A stretch of 22,926 bases of DNA from positions 549,350-572,275 of the forward strand of contig JBNGIO010006379.1 in NCBI GenBank assembly GCA_049999805.1, in the 5' to 3' direction. Shown here one piece after another: positions 19,090 through 22,926 of the stretch; the first letter of the stretch is position 1; every line of letters starts with the position of its first letter. The DNA comes from Folioceros fuciformis (Eukaryota). The notes under the pieces were generated by a model. The model was given only the letters and a program-made list of their open reading frames with translations, made no database searches and was not told where the DNA came from. The position numbers and the translations under genes are program-made.

Positions 19090-19951
19090 AGCACTTTCAG
19101 TTCCCAGAATCCGCAAGGGGAATTGGTAACATCTTGACATCCTAGGCAGGTTCCCTGCAGAGCTTTTTCTGGCCTAGGAATCGGGTGTTAGGATTCGAGT
19201 CGGGATGCATTTTACTTTGCGCGCGCCACACTCCAGGTTGTGGTAGCAGTGGAATCCTCGCATTGAAGGACGTGTGGGATATATCCCTTTCCTTGTGAAG
19301 ACCAAGTGCCTCGGGTGATGAGGTAGCCGCACCGTCCAGTGTAGCCCCCCCCTCACGGGCTGTAGTCAGGTTTGGAACTTCGAATGCCTATCTTCTCCTG
19401 ACGCCTAATCAGTCTTCAAAACTGCTTTACTGCTGCGCATCAAGGGTTTTAGGAACGAGGAGCGAATGAGGTGGACAGCCTTGGCCATGGACGTCCCCTA
19501 CCACGAGACCACGGTTATATGAGGGTAGACCCTAAGTTCTGGGATTCATCTGCCATTCTTGGCTAGACACTGATGCGGTTGGCACGTCTGTTGCGTCGGC
19601 CTTCTGAAAGAGGACCGGGCTTACGATCTGGCAACAGGTGCATGCCAACGTGCTGGCTTGCGGAGTTGAGTCTGAAACTGAAGTTTTGGGTCACTGTGCT
19701 TGGGTGACTTGTATGCAACGTGTGCAATGTTGATGCACGCTCACGTTTGACAGATTACCGTGCAAAATGTGTTCCACTCCAGGCTAATTTGTCTGAAATT
19801 ATGTATGTCTCATCCCGGACCATTTTAACAGGCTACTCTGCTGGTCCGAGGTCGCGGCACGTCGTCCACGGAGAAAGCCCATTAAATTATTTCCAGCTCG
19901 AATTTTGTCTGAAAAACTAGAAAGTTCAAATGAATGTTCCTGAAGCGATGG

Positions 19952-20002
19952 GGCCCAAAAGTTGAGGGAGGCCCAGGTGCGTCTCTGGATTGTTAGGGCC
20001 CA
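19952..20002. promoter_or_regulatory. Cluster of three site II motifs (GGCCCA / TGGGCC)
   Basis: GGCCCA at 19952, 19970 and 19997 in intergenic sequence. Site II elements are known TCP-factor-bound plant promoter motifs; the target gene is unclear. Confidence 0.35.
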
Positions 20003-20991
20003 TCATGATGTAGAATGGACTAGGTCCGCTCTTCTTTTCCCAGACAAAAGAATATAGTTGCCATAAAAGTGGTCAGAACACATGACATACGCCATGCAGT
20101 CAATCCCCGAAAGATGAGAAAGACGGCGACCCAAGCATAAATGAAGCCCTGTTGCAAAATAGGCACGACCAGAGAGTCCTATCTCATGTTACAAAAGCTC
20201 ATGCGGGCCAGCAAATCTTCAAGAGAGGAGCATGGATGCCATGAGTTTGTAAACAACTTGGTGGACATGAATATAATCTTAATGTACAGGTTTCATCAAA
20301 CATAACTTCTATGAACGGTTGCTTGAAAGCTAGCACTCCCTCTAAGCAGCATTACAATACTTCCACCTCTCAGCAAGGAAAAAGTCTAGCTAAGAAGTTT
20401 TCAATTACACTTGCAAGTTCATCGTGCTTTAAAACGTTCAACAATACTTATTAATAATTGATAATAATCAATAATAATGGTAAAAACTTCCTCCTTTTTT
20501 TTTGTACATAACTAAGTATAAGGGAGTAGGATTGGAGATCCTTTCAAAGAGCAGAACTTTTACTAAGGGATTTTAATTATATTAATATATCACTAAAAAT
20601 ATATAGAAAATAGATAAGCCCTTAAGACTATCTCCATCAAACTGGGCTAAAAAAATTTGCTTAGTGTGGATCGAATTCTTCTTTGTATGCGCTTGGGAGC
20701 ATAGGTGCGTGGGCAAGTGATAGAACAGGTGGATGGAGCTGTTCGGAGCTGCTTCCGAGAAGGAGTTTTCATCACTCCTATATATGCATGTGTGCTTGTA
20801 AGACTCCTGCTTGCTTGGCAAAAAGAAATTATGGGGGTCCAGGTAAAGTATGTTTAAGAGGTGCACAATAATGTGTAGGTGTAGGCACTCGTTGTTCATT
20901 TTACGTCGGTAAACAAGGTAGATAGATATTGAGGCAAGCGTAGCACGCAAACTCCACCTTCCTGGCACACTCGGGCTCGCCTGTTGACGCG

Positions 20992-21079
20992 GTGAGTGTG
21001 AAGGCAAAAAAATTTAGCCTTGTCCAGCGGTGTCCCCTGCCTGGTTCTGGTGTCGCGGACTGTGTCGCAATTTTTTCAG
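20992..21079 (+). other. Candidate 5' UTR intron of the Q/P-rich gene
   Basis: GCG|GTGAGT donor and TTTTTTCAG|G acceptor, 88 nt, matching the intron size of neighbouring genes and ending 146 nt before the ATG at 21226. Confidence 0.5.
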
Positions 21080-21225
21080 GAGACCGTGCATTTGAAGATC
21101 TGGTGTTGGGATTGTAGGTTTTGGCAGAGTCTGAAGAATTGGTGTTGAATTGGACTGGGCATTTGCATCGGCATCGGCATCGGAATCGGGCGAATTGGAG
21201 CCTCGCTGGGCCTGCGGAAGAGCAC

Positions 21226-22926
21226 ATGATGCAGCAGCAGACGCAGGCGCAGGCGCAGGCGCAGCAGCAGGCGCAGCACTACCAGCCCAGCTCGGGAGGT
21301 GGCTATGCTCCTTCTAACCCTGCAGGGGCTGCTGCACCGGCAAGCTCCGTCATGAGGGACACCTTCTTCGACTCCCTGGACTCCAGCGGCCTGGTCGACT
21401 CCTTCAACTTTCTCACCGTGCATCCCCCGGCTCCCGCCTCTGTCCCGGCCTCGGTTCCCGCTGCGCCTCACCCTGCTTCCTCGGGGCTCTCCCCGTCCCT
21501 CTCCCTGGCCCTCGCGGAGTCCTTCGGGGCCTTCACTGCCCAGGCCGCAGCTCTGGAGCAGCAGCAGCAGCAGCAGAAGCAGGAACAGGGGACGGGCGCA
21601 GGGCAAAACCTTGACCAGGGTTCTGCGCCCGGATCGCACTCCGGCCAGCGTGGGGTTGGGGACGCCCTCAATCTGCAGCCTTTGATTCAGGTCGACCCGT
21701 GGAGTTTAGGTGATCAGTCGTATTCGGCGCCTCCGGCAGCAGGGCAGAAGCATGCAGACTCTCTTGTGCTGCAGCAACAGGCTGCATGCACATCAGCTCT
21801 CACGCATGTTCCTCCTCTGCAAGGGGCGGGCCACCAGGTTACTGCAGCGCCTTCTCTGTCGCTTATGGATGGATTTGTTGCCCAGCCTGCCCAGGCTCCT
21901 GCTCAGCAGCAGAGCCTATTTCAGGTGGAGGTTTCTGGGGTTCAGAGAGGTACCGTGACAGGGACACCGGTGCAAGGATCCAGCAACGTGCAGCAGGTGC
22001 CAGGGCAGCATCAGAGTGGAGACCTCGCACAGCAGCAGTATAGGGATGATAAGCCAGGATGTGTTTCGGGCCAGTTTTCCAACGCTCCACAGCAGTTTAG
22101 CGATGAAAAGAGGGTTGAGTATGGATCTGCTCCTGCGCAGTATGTCTATGGAAATGCTCCAGTCAGCGAGCAGCAGTACAGGGAAAGGGGCCCTGACAAT
22201 TTTCACCAAGGGCAGGTTCAGGGACAATTGCAGGCTCAGGGACAAGTGCAGGCTCAGGGACAAGTGCAGCCTCAGGGACAAGTCCAGCCTCAGGGACAAG
22301 TGCAGCCTCAGGGACAAGTGCAGCCCCAGGGTCAAGTGCAGCCTCAGGGTCAAGTGCAGCCTCAGGGGCAAGCGCAGCTTCAGGGGCAAGTGCAGCCTCA
22401 GGGGCAAATGCAGGCTCAGGGGCAATTGCAGGCTCAGGGGCAAGTGCATGGTCAATATGGGGGCCAGGGTGTGGGAAACGTGCAGTTCAGGGATGACAGG
22501 GGAGGTTACGTGTCCGATGGGGCAAATCAGAGGCCCAGTCTTCCCGCTCCACTGCCTGCTGCTCCTCAGCAGCAGCCCTCACAGGCGGTGGTCTCGGCTT
22601 CTTACCCTCCTCCTCCCCCTCCTCAGCAGCATGCACAGCTCCAGCATGCGCCTTCTTTACACCAGCCAAATCAATTTGCTGGTCAAACTGTTGCTCCGCC
22701 TACTCAGTATGCTCCCCCACAACCCCAAAATCTCGCATCCCCTCCTCCGTATCCTTCTCACCATAGTCAGCCAGCTCCTCAGTATGGGTCATCTGCTCAA
22801 CCTGTTCCCCAGCCTGTATCGGCTAAGCCTCCTCCTAACCCCTCTCAACCTCCTGTTCCACAGTACCCGTCCTCCGCCTTCGGCCCTCCCCCGCCTGCGC
22901 ACCAATACCCTCCCCACCCACAGTCA
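21226..22926 (+). CDS. Gln/Pro/Gly-rich, probably disordered protein, 5' part only (>=567 aa, no stop in window)
   Basis: ATG at 21226 follows an in-frame TAG; the frame is open to the window end: MMQQQTQAQAQAQQQAQHYQPSSGGGYAP...RDTFFDSLDSSGLVDSFNFLTV...(QGQVQP)n...SYPPPPPPQQ...PPPAHQYPPHPQS. Absent from the ORF track because it lacks a stop. No folded domain visible. Confidence 0.85.
   Translation, partial: MMQQQTQAQAQAQQQAQHYQPSSGGGYAPSNPAGAAAPASSVMRDTFFDSLDSSGLVDSFNFLTVHPPAPASVPASVPAAPHPASSGLSPSLSLALAESFGAFTAQAAALEQQQQQQKQEQGTGAGQNLDQGSAPGSHSGQRGVGDALNLQPLIQVDPWSLGDQSYSAPPAAGQKHADSLVLQQQAACTSALTHVPPLQGAGHQVTAAPSLSLMDGFVAQPAQAPAQQQSLFQVEVSGVQRGTVTGTPVQGSSNVQQVPGQHQSGDLAQQQYRDDKPGCVSGQFSNAPQQFSDEKRVEYGSAPAQYVYGNAPVSEQQYRERGPDNFHQGQVQGQLQAQGQVQAQGQVQPQGQVQPQGQVQPQGQVQPQGQVQPQGQVQPQGQAQLQGQVQPQGQMQAQGQLQAQGQVHGQYGGQGVGNVQFRDDRGGYVSDGANQRPSLPAPLPAAPQQQPSQAVVSASYPPPPPPQQHAQLQHAPSLHQPNQFAGQTVAPPTQYAPPQPQNLASPPPYPSHHSQPAPQYGSSAQPVPQPVSAKPPPNPSQPPVPQYPSSAFGPPPPAHQYPPHPQS
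22219..22446 (+). repeat. Coding 18-bp tandem repeat encoding QGQ[VLMA]Q[PAL], 12 full units plus a partial one
   Basis: CAGGGACAAGTGCAGCCT-like units every 18 nt from 22219 to 22435, with synonymous variation at Gly codons (GGA/GGT/GGG). Confidence 0.95.

Noticed and set aside
19315-19401. Possible C/D box snoRNA (GTGATGA...CTGA)
   Set aside because: No convincing terminal stem and no guide complementary to rRNA that I recognise; more likely GT61 3' region.
21916-22455. Minus-strand LxLxL repeat ORF of 179 aa
   Set aside because: Antisense shadow of the QGQVQP repeat in the longer + strand ORF.

Overview
Eukaryotic nuclear DNA from a gene-dense land-plant genome. Short GT-AG introns (about 80-135 nt), a PLS-class PPR gene and SAMBA point to a land plant; a non-seed lineage such as a hornwort is an inference only. 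In order, the window holds: a decayed minus-strand coding remnant (~1.1-1.6 kb); an intronless leucine-zipper/DUF547 gene (+); two related minisatellites containing telomere-like TTTAGGG motifs; a spliced F-box gene with an FBA (Fbs/FBXO6-like lectin) domain (+); a block of four minus-strand genes, PET117 > SAMBA > farnesyltransferase alpha > PLS-E+ PPR, separated by only 211-303 bp; a divergent GT61-family glycosyltransferase (+) interrupted by a 100-N gap that looks closable; an AT-rich spacer; and the 5' part of a long Q/P-rich ORF with a QGQVQP array that runs off the window. The most interesting signals are the operon-like four-gene block (candidate polycistronic unit), a fixed 16-aa insertion in four consecutive PPR L motifs, and the animal-type glycan-binding F-box protein. 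All exon models and family assignments were made by eye, without database searches.
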